From Octopus sinensis (lineage: Eukaryota), in contig NW_021834784.1 in the NCBI RefSeq assembly GCF_006345805.1, positions 7,026-71,025 on the forward strand: DNA of 64,000 nucleotides, given 5' to 3'. Numbering within the stretch: position 1 is the first letter of the stretch; each line of letters begins with the position of its first letter. Of this stretch, positions 42,000-54,854 are shown piece after piece. The notes under the pieces are model-generated. The model saw nothing but the letters and a program-made list of their open reading frames with translations, ran no database searches and was not told where the DNA came from. A program made the position numbers and the translations under genes.

Positions 42000-42785
42000 C
42001 CTTTCTATTATAGGCACAAGGCCTCAAATTTTGGATGAGGGATAGAGTCGATCACATCGACCACAGTACACAACTGTTGCTTAATTTATTCTTTTCTACT
42101 ACAGGCACAAGGCCCGAAATTTTGGGGGAGGAGGCCAGTCGATTAAGTCGACCCCAGTACGAAACTGGTACTTAATTTATCGACCCCGAAAGGATGAAAG
42201 GCAAAGTTGACTTCGGCAGAATTTGATCTCTGAATGTAAAAATTTGAAACAAATACCGCAAGGCATTTTGTCCGCAGTTTTAGCGACTAAGAAAGCCCCG
42301 CGGTATTTCTTTTTGTTTTCTATGTTCTGAGTCGAAACCCCGCTGAGGATGCACAATACCAGCTATTTGATGGAGGAAATCGATAACATGATCTCAATTA
42401 CTTGAGTGTTGTTTTAGTATATTGATCTCCAAAGTAAAAATGGCTGCGTTGACTTCGGCGGGATTTGAACTCAAAATGTAAAGAGCTGGAGCAAATACTT
42501 TTCTGCATCTTATCTGATCCACTAAAAACTCTAGGCATCCACCGCCCTCATAATTGTTTCTAATATTTATTTCTTTATTGCCCACAAGGGGCTAAACATA
42601 GAGGGGACAAACAAGGACAGACAAACGGATTAAGTCGATTACATCGACCCCAGTGTGTAACCGGTACTTAATTTATCGACCCCGAAAGGATGAAAGGCAA
42701 AGTCGACTTCGGCGGAATTTGAACTCGGAACGTAACGACAGACGAAATACGGCTACGCATTTCGTCCGGCGTGCTAACGCCTTAA
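41575..42785 (-). mobile_element. Cluster of SINE copies: one B 3' half and about five A units
   Basis: B at 41575-41700; A at ~41730-41890, 42000-42085, 42095-42270, 42420-42550 and 42570-42785; (AAT)n at 41891-41998. Confidence 0.8.
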
Positions 42786-44277
42786 ATTTGATGGAGGGCT
42801 TAATTAATATCACGGGGATGAAGTAAGATGTTGACCTCGCTGTGGGTCGTACATAGAACTTAAAGCATGCTGTCTGATGATTTTACAATACTGCCAAACA
42901 ACCAGTTGGCCGGGAATATGGTGGAGGATATAAAAATGAAAACAAAAATACATGAGAATGTGTTAGTTAAACGTCTGAAAGAAGAATAGGAAAGATAAAC
43001 CATAATATAACATTTAACAACTGACGAATCAAAAGCTTATGAAATAGTATTACCGACTTAATCCTTCTCCCACTTTAAAGGTCAGTTCTCAGAATATGGC
43101 ATCTAAATAACAGCTTATACAAACGACATTGTGCGTTGCAATGTATGTATTCGTAGTTGTATGCAGACGATTCTTGTTATATCATCAGTTATATGTTGCT
43201 GTTGTTGTTGTTGTTGTTTATGGTGATGTTGTCTAAAACACAGGACAGATCTGAATGAGTAGCCGTATAATAGGATCAGATATTCCAGCAATGAAAGCGA
43301 CCCGTTTTGTCAAAATTATGCGAGAAAAATAGCTGGATCTCTGGTGGTTTCGACGACGAGGGAGGATGCAGCTGTTCGATCAACAGAAGACTCTGTTCAT
43401 TGAATTAGCGTGTAAGTGGTTGAGTATTCCACAGACATGTAGAATACTCACTCGATCAGCACGAAAGAATATGGAACTAGGCGCCCGTTTCAATTTCATG
43501 CACATTCTATCTGAAGGGCTTCTGTTCAGTTTCCGTCTACATATTTTCATTCATTGCACCTAGTTCGGACCCAGGCAATTCTAAGTCTCTAAGACATTTA
43601 TCTAAGATCCCACAGTGAGATCGAACCCGGAACATCATAATTGCAAAACAAACATTTTAACCATTTAGCTATACTGCATCCACTTAAATCAGACATGGGC
43701 ACCTTTTCCGAGAAATGAACCACATGAAACATGGTTCATCATCAGGCAGGCCGCATTATTAAAAAAAAAATCAAAGCAATGTTTTGTGAGACGTGCCATT
43801 CACAAACTCCCGCGGGCCACAGTTTACCCGCGACTGACTTAAATTATATATCCTACAAAAGATTATCTATTCTGTCGCAACGGCACTTGACTCTGGGTAC
43901 ACAGGTCCCCATGGCAGAAACAGCTGTGAGATAAGTGAAGTAATATCGTATTTCCTATTCTTTTGTCGAATGGTTGTATACTGTCAACTTAACGTGACAG
44001 TCCTGTAAGGGAATTATACCACCGCTGTTTAGCCCTAGGAAGCATCGACGCTTCCTGTCGGCCTTGACACATTTCCTGTGTCCTTATATATTTTTGTCGT
44101 TTATTTATTAATTAATATTGTGTTCTTTATGGATCTGTGGAGTTACATAATAGTCCGAAATCGAGGACATCTAACAACTTAGACGTCATCACCGCTGCCT
44201 TACTTATGCTGCAAAATATCAATATACGGAACTGTAACAACTGGTACTTTGTAACGTTATGGTTAAGCAAAATCATA

Positions 44278-44487
44278 TGAGGGGGTGCTGAAAAGTTCCT
44301 GGCTTTAAGGGTTGTCACGAAAGGCCTGGTTGGAGGCCCAGACTTCCGAGTTCTTTTACTGAGAACTGAAGGACCGCTACAATAAGTGTGTGAATCTGAG
44401 ACAGAAATATGTTGAATAAAATCATAATTAACTGCTTCACCCTGTATTTTCTTTTGCCTAAAGCCAGGTTCTTTTCAGCACCCCACA
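44278..44487 (+). mobile_element. Internally deleted mariner MITE
   Basis: TA|TGAGGGGGTGCTGAAAAGTTCCTGGCTTTA .. TAAAGCCAGGTTCTTTTCAGCACCCCACA|TA. Interior reads ELKDRYNKCVNLRQKYVE*, like a mariner C-terminus. Confidence 0.8.
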
Positions 44488-45139
44488 TAACGTGTAGGTG
44501 TGTGTGTATGTGTGTGTATGTGTCTCTATGTATGTGTGTGTGAGTGTATCTGAGAGAGAGAGAAAGAGAGTGAGAGAGAGGAATGTACTGATGATGATTA
44601 CGAATACTCCTGAATAAAGTTCGAAAGAAATGCCTTTAAAATGGTGGACCAAATGGTAGATTAAACGATCAAATACAAAATGGAGATTTAATTAGCACAC
44701 GTCGTTCCCATGTGAGCAACACTAGTTCTTAGAACTACTCTAAATTCCGAAGAAATCATAGTTAAAATCAATATGGTTAGAAAAATAAGCAAACCTCATA
44801 TCAATCCCCGCCCCCGAAAAGCCCCATAAACATGACATATTTAAAAAAAAAACAATGAAAATTACAAGAAATATAAAAAAACAAAGGATGTAGTGGGAAA
44901 AGACTCAAAAAGGATTTTCAGAAGTGTGATGGAGAGAGTGGTACTGGAGGTGGTGGTGGTGATGGTGATGGTGATGGTGGTGGTGGTGGTGGAATTTGAC
45001 GGTTATGGCTGCTGGTGTTGTTTGTGTTTTGATGGTAGTGATGGTGGCGGTAGTCATATTATACATACACATACACACATATTTATATCTATTTATCTCA
45101 CTCTTTTTCTCTCCTTCCACACACACACACACATACAGA

Positions 45140-45310
45140 GGCACACATACAACTGGCTTTGCACTGATTCCGTCACGCAAATTCACTCACAAAGTACCAG
45201 TTGTCCCGGGGCTATAGCAAATTAGAATAGCCCAATATGGCACGCATTGGAGATAAGCCGGAAGCCACGTGGTTGCAAAGCGAACACTTTAACAACACAA
45301 CCATGTCTGG
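45140..45310 (-). mobile_element. SINE family B 5' part, diverged
   Basis: AAATTCACTCACAAAG..CCCGGGGCTATAG..GAAGCCACGTGGTTGCAAAGCGAACACTTTAAC..CACAACCATG. Confidence 0.6.
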
Positions 45311-45358
45311 GCCTCTCTTGTCTCCCTCCCTTTCTCTATCTCTCTTTTTCTGTTTCGT

Positions 45359-45390
<32 letters not shown>

Positions 45391-45674
45391 CACACACACA
45401 TACATATACATACACACACATATATACACAAGCACATATATATATATATATGCATAGATACATACGTGTATATATATATATATGTATGAATGTGTATAGA
45501 TATATATATGTATGTGTGCATGCATGTATACATATACACATATATATGAAAAGAGAGATAAGGTTAAGGGGTTTTACACGAGTAAATTCATACTAAAACA
45601 ACAAAATATAGAAAATATTAGAGAAATTTATCATAGAAAGAAAAAAAGAAAGTTTTTACATCTTCGTCAAAATG

Positions 45675-45718
45675 AGCTACCGGTTTCAATGTCTCTAAGA
45701 AGCCGATTTAGTCATGCT
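45675..45718 (-). ncRNA. Type I hammerhead-like motif, A3-U8 variant
   Basis: Minus strand: AGC ATGACTA AAT c GGCTT ctta GAGAC ATT GAAA CCGG T A GCT. Stem I is only 3 bp. Confidence 0.45.
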
Positions 45719-46866
45719 AAAATAAAAAGTTTTAGTTTCCGCACACTCAGCTGAAATGTTTCACAGAGGAGTTCAAATAAGAAAGAAACATTTACCCCAA
45801 TGTTTTTATTGAAGAGATCTTATTAGCGTTTCTTAATAATTATGTATTTATACACCACTAGAACGTGTTTATTTTAATTGCTTGTGTAACAATTGAGCGA
45901 AGTTTTTAAACATAAGCAAAACCCTGCAGCATTCCATTAGTTAGACGAATTTATCGATTAAATTCTCCTAGAATCGATTATATTTTACCGCATCGTGTGT
46001 TTGATAACACAAAGTATCAGATCACTACGAGTGGCATTAAATCGACTAGATTACCTCCCTTGGCAATACCTAGTCAGAATATTTCTTTCCTTTTTAATAT
46101 TGTTAAATGTTTAGTCCAAATTTAGTTGTAATCGAGCTGGATTATGGAAAAAAGTATTCCAACTCTGAGCATCCAGCTTTTCTCCATTAATGTTGTACAT
46201 CTATGATGTACAAATGACATTAGTGTGTGATCTGATGTGTATTTAGTTGCTATTTCTAGCATATGTAGTCGGTCATTTAGTGGTTGGCATTTGACTATTG
46301 TTTTTGTCGTCGAAAGTCGTCGTCTTAGCTGTAGTTGTTGCTGACGTGTTGTCACTCATTGATTGTGTCATCGTCAATAAAAGGTTAATAGTTAATTTTA
46401 ATTAATCACCAAATAATAATAATAATAATAATAATAATAATCTCACGAATCTCTAAGCATGTAACTTCAACTGTAGCTCTTAATCCTTCAGCTGTATGGA
46501 GAAAAAAAAACAGTATTCTCTACAAATGGCATCTGATTAACTCGCATGCCTTCGGGATTATACAGGTTTATGTTGATTCACATAATTGTAATTAATCGTA
46601 TCAGATAAATGATGTAATGGATCATATGAAGAGTAGGGGAGGAGGAGGATTAGAGTTTTCTTTAGCTAGTAATTTATTTTTTTAAACAAATTTTGCTGAC
46701 AAAAATAAAAATAAATTGTTCCAGAAATTCATGTCGCTCTTTTTTATTTTTATTAATTTTTTGCGGTTTTTTTTTTGTTCTCTAGTTTGGAATTTACAAG
46801 ATAAACTCTGTTATTACGTTTTCTAAAAATGTTGCTACTACTTCGGGTCAGATAGACCTGGGAATA

Positions 46867-47212
46867 GAATTCAGAAGACCCCCTTCGGTCATGAATGACC
46901 ATGGGATTGCACCTAGAAAGTTACCTTCCGAGGTACAATTCCGGGCAAGGTTGGTTATGGAAGGCCAGCAGTCGCCCATGCATACCAGCCTCCCCTCTCC
47001 ACACCACGGATGTTATCCAAGGGAAAGGCAAAGGGGCCGATACAGCTTGGCACCAGTGATGTCGCAACCCATTTCTACAGCTGAGTTAACCGGAGCAATG
47101 TGAAATAAAGTGTCTTGCTCAAGAACATAACACGCAGCCCGGTCCGGGATTCGAACTCACAACCTCACGATCGTAAGCTCTACGCTCTAACCACTGAGCC
47201 ATGAGCCTTCAC
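46867..47212 (-). mobile_element. Well-preserved tRNA(Arg-ACG-like)-derived CORE-like SINE with 13-bp TSD
   Basis: Head GGCTCATGGCTCAGTGGTTAGAGCG..CTTACGAT..GAGTTCGAATCCC, then TTGAGCAAGACACTTT. TSD AGACCTGGGAATA (46854-46866) and AGACCTGAGAATA (47213-47225). Confidence 0.9.
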
Positions 47213-47724
47213 AGACCTGAGAATAATAGTGATAAAAAATAATCCTACACTCAATAAAATCCTGAAACTTTCGAACATGGGCCCCACTACCGGAAGCAGT
47301 TTAAAACCATATTTAGGACATACATACATATGTACTTATATACATACATACCTATGGGTCAATTAGCACGTCATAAAATCTCCTCCGGAATATGATCCCT
47401 CAGAGTCTCCTCGACAGACCCAGGGTCATTCAGCTTTTTAGCTGCTTATCTGAGAGAATGTAAATCCATATAAATCATCCATCCTTTATAACTTACAGAT
47501 AATTAGATATGATAGAAGCAGAAATCACAATAACCAGAGGGCGCACTCTGAGAAACAACGCAAGTCTTGCAGAAAGGAAGGACTTTAAAAATTGGTAATA
47601 ATGATTCTTGTGATGATGATAAAAATGATGTTGATGGCGATGTCTCTTTTCTAAGATTCTAATCGGGTTGGTGAAAGTTTGGGTTAAATAATTGGCTGGC
47701 CGACTTCAACATATTGCATGGTTT

Positions 47725-47771
47725 AATGTTGTAGTAGTAGTAGAAGTAGTAGTAGTTGTTGTAGTAGTAGT

Positions 47772-47824
<53 letters not shown>

Positions 47825-47828
47825 CAGC

Positions 47829-47868
<40 letters not shown>

Positions 47869-47976
47869 ATGATGGAAGTGGTGTGGGCGTGGTGGTGATG
47901 GTGTGATGTTGGTGGTGGTGCTGGTGGTGGTGGTGGTGCTGCTGGTGGTGGCGTTTGTTGTGGTGGTAGTAGTAGT

Positions 47977-48024
<48 letters not shown>

Positions 48025-48030
48025 ACAACA
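47725..48030. repeat. Compound trinucleotide tract (GTA/GCA/GTG)n
   Basis: Read directly. Similar compound tracts at 10105-10290, 55860-56240 and 58960-59250. Confidence 0.9.
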
Positions 48031-48322
48031 GCAGCAGCTGCTTCCGGAAATTTTTATTTTTAAATTTATTTATTATTTTTTTAATGTTTTATTCATAATC
48101 TGTGTCTTGCATGTTGTGTTGAGCAAGACCAGGTTTCACTTACGAACTGAGAACGAAATAATTTTTTAAGGTCTCTTCTTGTATGTATGTATGTATGTAT
48201 GTATGTATGTATGTATGTATGTATGTATGTATGTATGTATATATGTATGTATGTAGTATGTATGTATGTATGCATTTATGTATTATGTATATATGTATGT
48301 ATGTATTATGTATATATATATT

Positions 48323-48353
<31 letters not shown>

Positions 48354-48415
48354 GTATATATGTATGTATGTGTGTATGTATGTATGTATGTATGTATGTA
48401 TGTATGTATGTATGT

Positions 48416-48505
<90 letters not shown>

Positions 48506-49259
48506 GTGACAGAGCATACATACACTGTCAGATGACATCTGGCTTTATATGAAGCATTCCACGGATGTCGATTATTTTTCTTATTTTATAAGCCATTTTT
48601 ACTCTGGATCTTTTATTATTTCGAAGCTACAGAATTGAACTAAGATGACAAGTCTACCAAACATCTTACTGGAGTATTACTTTTAATCTTTCAAGATCCT
48701 AAAGTATATTTTTCTTTCTAATTCTTTATATTCCTATACAAACTTCAGTTTATCAAAAATGGTCAGAATTGTTCCACGATCTTCTTGCATTCCTGTACAG
48801 TGGTTCTTTTTTTTTTTTGCAGATGTCTTGTGAGCAAAATAGTTTCAGTTAAACTTTGAGTAATTTCGAATTTCTATTTTTCATGATTTCGTATATATTT
48901 TCAAATTACGCTATTTCTAATGAAGTTGTGTTGTTCCTTAAAGGTATATTAAGATCGGTGAAAATGGAAAAGAAGAAATGATTTCAAGACATACTGGAAC
49001 ACAGCAGTTCTTATTTGTGTATTCTGTACTGATAGAACTCCACAGTAATGTTGTAGTTTGCACGTATACAAACACGCAAACATGGTAAAATATAACCCCA
49101 AATATAACAATATCTGTTTCAACACACGATTCCACATCAAGAATCTTTCTCTCTCTTTCTATAAATATATATATATATGTATATATACATACATGCATGC
49201 ATATATACATACATACATACATACTACATACATACATATATATATATATATATAGTATA

Positions 49260-49322
<63 letters not shown>

Positions 49323-49323
<1 letters not shown>

Positions 49324-49528
49324 ACGGGAAGCTTTATGAAAATAAACAAAGACGAAGGCAGGTGGAATATAAACAAAACAATTGTATTAGTATGGCGCTC
49401 AGGAATATAAATAAAACAAGTCTTTTACGTTTCGAGCCTACGCTCTTCAACAGAAAGATACACAGAAAATAAACACAGAAAGAAACAAGGAGAGAAAAAA
49501 ATGCGTGCAGAGGCTAGCGAATCAACAT
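49323..49528 (-). mobile_element. pLTR-like element with A6U hammerhead motif (49421-49458)
   Basis: Reverse complement of 22983-23190. The 38-nt ribozyme motif is identical. Confidence 0.75.
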
Positions 49529-49561
49529 ATATATATACAACGGCAGATGGATAATGTGTCA

Positions 49562-49632
49562 ATTCACTACAGCTGTTCCCAACGAGCTGGACACATTATA
49601 GCATTAGAAAAAACCCTTTTCATCAGGTAAAT
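49562..49632 (-). ncRNA. Type I hammerhead-like motif with CUGAUGA core
   Basis: Minus strand: ATTTAC CTGATGA [40 nt] GGAA CAGCTG T A GTGAAT. 6-bp stem I, palindromic ACAGCTGT stem III, A13G change and a weak stem II. Confidence 0.5.
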
Positions 49633-49708
49633 GCAAGAACCTCAACATTCAAAAACATTCAACAGCCAACGGCAAGTGCACTTACATGATTTTATGACCT
49701 CTGCTGGC

Positions 49709-49754
<46 letters not shown>

Positions 49755-49862
49755 TTTGCCGATTCCTGAGGGATAGAAAAGGCATAAAGAGACGAAAAGA
49801 AATACCTGTATATCATTTCTTCGACGCTATAGTAATTCTTTCAAAGCAACAAAATAATAGTG

Positions 49863-49903
<41 letters not shown>

Positions 49904-50629
49904 CACTTCACTTAAAATGTCATCTCAATTTCGTAGAACCCAATTGGTTTCACTTCAGGAATTAATATATCGTTTGAGGTTTCTGACTTTGCTAAAACTA
50001 TTTCCAATTTAACAAAGACAAACCCTTTCGTAGATGTTAGCCATTTCTTAATTTATTCGCTATGGTATATTTACATCTCAAATTTACGAAGAGGCATTCG
50101 CTAGTTCTGTCCCACCCTCTCACTCCTTCCTTCTCTATCTATCTCTCCCTCCTTCTACCTTTTCCTCTCTTTCTCCCCCCTCTCTTTCTTTCCTTTCCTC
50201 CCTTTCTCCTTTCTCTTTCTCTCTACTTCATCTGTCACTAAAACTTCGTTTTCATTCATTTCCATTTCGTTCAACAACAGCCATTTCATCCGGAAATTCC
50301 TAGCCGCGTATACGCTCAGAACTTCAGAAAACTGAGGGTAAAATAACTACTGTACTAAATTATCCGACTCCTTAAGACCTTTCTACCCCCAGGAGGGCCT
50401 TCACACAGCATTGAATCAGCTGCTCATATTGGGATTGACAAATAACAACAACAAAAATAGTGGCTTGTATGATTTGTCTCTCCAATATTATTTTGCGTGG
50501 TTGACTTCATGAACCAATTTTTAGCTCATTAAGCATAGAATATAACCGGGTTCAAATGGTGATAGGTAAACTAAATATAAGAACTTTTTTAAAATTCTTT
50601 TTTAAATTTCATAGTAAGGTTTATGAATA

Positions 50630-51240
50630 TCATATATTCTGTTGTGTCTGGGGAGAGTCATTTTCTTTTTGTGCCTTATAATGTAACACACTCACAGGTA
50701 AAATTTCCACTTATTTCGTATTTTTATTTTCCTAAAATTTTCGTTGCATCTTGCAATCTTTTCAATAGTCTTGACTCTGACCGTTATTTACACTGCGTTC
50801 CTTTTTGTTTGTTGAACGCAGTGTAAATAACGAATAGAGTCAAGACTATTGAAAAGATTGCAAGACGCAACGAAAATTTTAGGAAAATAAAAATACGAAA
50901 TAAGTGGAAATTTTACCGGTGAGTGTGTTACATTATAAGGTACAAAAAGAAAATGACTTTCCACAGACAGAACAGTCTATGCTTCAACACACGAACTCCT
51001 ATAAAGAATCTTGCAAACCAAATACAAAAACGAGATATCATATATCTGTTCTAGAAAATTTTAGGAAAATAAAAATACGAAATAAGTGGAAATTTTACCG
51101 GTGAGTATGTTACACTATAAGGTACAAAAAGAAAATGACTTTCCCCAGACAGAACAGTCTATGCTTCAACACACGAACTCCCATAAAGAATCTTGCAAAC
51201 CAAATACAAAAACGAGATATCATATATCTGTTCTAGAAAT
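50630..51240. repeat. Repeat E as a long palindrome (~165-bp arms, 13-nt loop) plus a ~180-bp tandem duplication
   Basis: 50630-50800 is the reverse complement of 50814-50980. 50880-51060 is repeated at 51061-51240. Confidence 0.85.
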
Positions 51241-51377
51241 TAGGAAAGTTGAAATATAATTTGCGCATTTTATGAAAGTTAATTATATGTAACTGAATTG
51301 ACAAGAAGAGCATCAGTCTGCAGAAGATCCAGCCGATGCAAGTATGAAAAAATGGACGTTGTGGCCATAATGATCGA

Positions 51378-51780
51378 GCTGGTAGAATAGCTAGCACGCC
51401 GGACAAAATGCTTAGCGGCTTTTCTTCCGTCTTGACGTTCTGAACTTTACGTTCTGGATAGCCCGAACAAAATGCTTAGCGGCATTTCGTCCGTCTTGAC
51501 GTTCTGAACTTTACGTTCTGGATAGCCCGAACAAAATGCTTAGCGGCTTTTCTTCCGTCTTGACGTTCTGAACTTTACGTTCTGGATAGCCCGAACCAAA
51601 TGCTTAGCGGCATTTCGTCCGTCTTGACGTAGAGAACTTAAATTCCATCGCGGTCGACTTTGTCTTTCATTCCTTCGGGGTCGATAAGATATGCACCATT
51701 TCAGCCCTGGGGTCGATGTAATCGACTGGTTTCTCATAAAATGTCAGACCACGTGCCTAGTAGAAAGGATTATTTTGCAG
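51378..51780 (+). mobile_element. SINE family A with a 64-bp tandem array in its head
   Basis: Units start at 51404, 51468, 51532 and 51596. The central domain follows at 51650-51730. Confidence 0.85.
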
Positions 51781-51924
51781 AACTCAGTCATGAGATTGTG
51801 ATCAGAAGAGTCCCTCTCTTTAAGAATATCCATCTATTATATGAATCCCGACATTTTGTCTGGTATATATTATATTCATCAATATGTGTGGCTATGGCTT
51901 CTATAAATAAATGTGTATGCATAA

Positions 51925-52177
51925 ATTAACGTGCAAGAGGCTGAGCACTCTACAGACACATGTGCCATTAACGTAGTTCTCAGGGAGATTCAGCGTGACA
52001 TAGAGTGTGACATGTCTGGCCTTTTGAAAATACAGGTACAACCCATTTTGCCAGAAGAGTGGACTGGAGCAATGTGAAATAAAGTGTCTTGCTCAAGGAC
52101 ACAATGCGTCGCCGGGAATTGAACTCATGATCTCATTATCGTGAGCCGAATGACCTAACCACTAAGCCACGCACCTT
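51925..52177 (-). mobile_element. SINE family C
   Basis: Minus strand GGTGCGTGGCTTAGTGG..GAGTTCAATTCCC..CCTTGAGCAAGACAC. Homologue of 6892; a 3' fragment lies at ~43345-43450. Confidence 0.8.
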
Positions 52178-52326
52178 CACACACAAACACGCACATATAT
52201 ATATATATCCATAAATATAAGCATGTATATACATATATTATATATATTATATATATATTACGCGTGTGCATATGTGTGAGTGTGCAAATATATATATATA
52301 TGTATATATGTATATATGTATATATA

Positions 52327-52364
<38 letters not shown>

Positions 52365-52365
52365 T

Positions 52366-52820
52366 ATGTCTTGCACACTCACTTTTATATATACTTGTGT
52401 GTGTGTGTGCAAGTATATATATATATATGTGTGCGTGTGTATGTGTGTATGTATTTATAACGTAAAGCCAGTTATGTAAAGAGTTTATAAAAAAGAATAA
52501 TTAAACTCCATTACATTTTTTTATTCTGCGCTGAGCTAAAAATGTTGCGACTATATCTGGCTTGCTGTAACTATAGAAACGGTCCTTCCATCGTTACTTA
52601 AAGGGAACCAAGACGAGTGGAAACTAGTGTGTTGTTCTTTGAATGAGGATGGGAACCGTACAGATGTTGCCAAAGCAGGAATGAAAGCTGAAAGGTAGAC
52701 ATTGGAGACACATGCTTGGAATTTCAGTTGCAAAAATTCCAGGTCTGTTCTTTCCGCAAAAGAGAAGAGAGCCTTGCAATACTCAACATTCTGAAAGAGG
52801 AGATATATTGAAGTGGAATA

Positions 52821-52869
<49 letters not shown>

Positions 52870-53263
52870 AAGCAAATATAAATCAAAAATTGAAAATCAA
52901 AAATATTTGATGGAATTTATGAAATACTGGATTTATGTTTGGAAATTTTCTGGGGAACGTTCTACCGATACACAGCATCCAGTTTTTTTATTGGATTTAA
53001 ATATTTGTAAGAATTTTACATTGATCGTCAAAGGGATTCTGTTTTGTCTATAAAACAATTTTTTTTTATTGTATTTTTTCATGACTCCATTTACTCTTTT
53101 ACTCTTTTACAGGTTTCAGTCATTAGACTGCGGCCATGCTGGAGCACTGCCTTTACTCGAACAAATCGACCCCAGGACTTTCAGAGACATAAACACACCA
53201 ACATCGGTTGTCAAGCGATAGTGGGGAAGACGAACACAGACACAGAGGTACACACACATAAAT

Positions 53264-53300
<37 letters not shown>

Positions 53301-53323
53301 ATATATATATATATATATATATG

Positions 53324-53357
<34 letters not shown>

Positions 53358-54257
53358 TATATATATATATATATATGTCTTGCACCTCACTTTTATATAT
53401 ACTTGTGGTATGTGTGTGCAAGTATATATATATATATATGTGTGCGTGTGTATGTGTGTATGTATTTATAACGTAAAGCCAGTTATGTAAAGAGTTTATA
53501 AAAAAGAATAATTAAACTCCATTACATTTTTTTATTCTGCGCTGAGCTAAAAATGTTGCGACTATATTGGCTTGCTGTAACTATAGAAACGGTCCTTCCA
53601 TCGTTACTTAAAGGGAACCAAGACGAGTGGAAACTAGTGTGTTGTTCTTTGAATGAGGATGGGAACCGTACAGATGTTGCCAAAGCAGGAATGAAAGCTG
53701 AAAGGTAGACATTGGAGACACATGCTTGGAATTTCAGTTGCAAAAATTCCAGGTCTGTTCTTTCCGCAAAAGAGAAGAGAGCCTTGCAATACTCAACATT
53801 CTGAAAGAGGAGATATATTGAAGTGGAATAATGTGTGTGTGGTGTGTGTGTGTGTGTGTGTGTGTGTGTTGTGTGTGTGCTAAGCAAATATAAATCAAAA
53901 ATTGAAAATCAAAATATTTGATGGAATTTGAAATACTGGATTTATGTTGGAAATTTTCTGGGGAACGTTCTACTACCGATCACAGCATCCAGTTTTTTAT
54001 GGATTTAAATATTTGTAAGAATTTTACATTGATCGTCAAAGGGATTCTGTTTTGTCTATAAAACAATTTTTTTTATTGTATTTTTTCATGACTCCATTTA
54101 ATCTTTTACTTCTTTTACAGGTTTCAGTCATATACTGCGGCCATGCTGGAGCACTGCCTTTACTCGAACAAATCGACCCCAGGACTTTCAGAGACATAAA
54201 CACACCAACATCGGTTGTCAAGCGATAGTGGGGAAACGAACACAGACACAGAGGTAC
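52366..54257 (+). repeat. Near-identical ~1009-bp-period tandem duplication
   Basis: 52366-53265 versus 53375-54257. Differences are mostly 1-3-bp indels. Confidence 0.9.
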
Positions 54258-54520
54258 AACAGAGGGTTAAAGATAAAAGAAACACACACACACAACCCAC
54301 ACACACACACATATAATATATATATATATATATATGTATGGTATATAGTATATATATATATACACGACGGGCTTCTTTCAGTTTCCGTCTACCAATTTTA
54401 CTCACAAGGTCATTCGTCGGTCTGAGACTATAGTAGAAGACATTTGCCCAAGGTACCACGTAGTGGGATTGAACCCGGAACCATGTAGTTGTTAAGAAAG
54501 CTTCTTACCACACAGCCACA
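54095..54520 (-). mobile_element. Full-length SINE family B
   Basis: Tail, internal TA/CA tract, CORE and head all present. Confidence 0.85.
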
Positions 54521-54528
54521 CAGAAATA

Positions 54529-54567
<39 letters not shown>

Positions 54568-54774
54568 AAAAACAGTAACGGAAAATCTTTAAAGTATTAG
54601 AAAATATTTCGATAACTGGTGTAAAAATCTCTCTCGGATTTTTTCTGCCACATATAAAGGGTTTTAGAGAAGTGGAATTATCGATATGTGTATTTGTTGG
54701 TTATGCATGTGTGGATGTCTGTGAGTGTGTGTGTGTGTGTTTGTGTGTGTGTTTATATATGTATTTGTGTAGAT

Positions 54775-54837
<63 letters not shown>

Positions 54838-54854
54838 CGTATATATATATATAT

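Noticed and set aside
43740-43830. CCCGCGGGCCACAGTTT, resembling hAT/Charlie MITE ends
   Set aside because: No matching opposite TIR or 8-bp TSD was found.
47137-47207. tRNA-Arg(ACG)-like sequence; similar heads at 6892, 17389, 52100-52177 and 61755-61828
   Set aside because: The acceptor stem is imperfect, and the sequence runs into a SINE body flanked by a TSD. These are SINE heads, not tRNA genes.
52551-52800. Minus-strand ORF vaguely like a CR1/L2 reverse transcriptase (LQLKFQACVS..GPFL)
   Set aside because: The similarity is too weak to support without a profile search.
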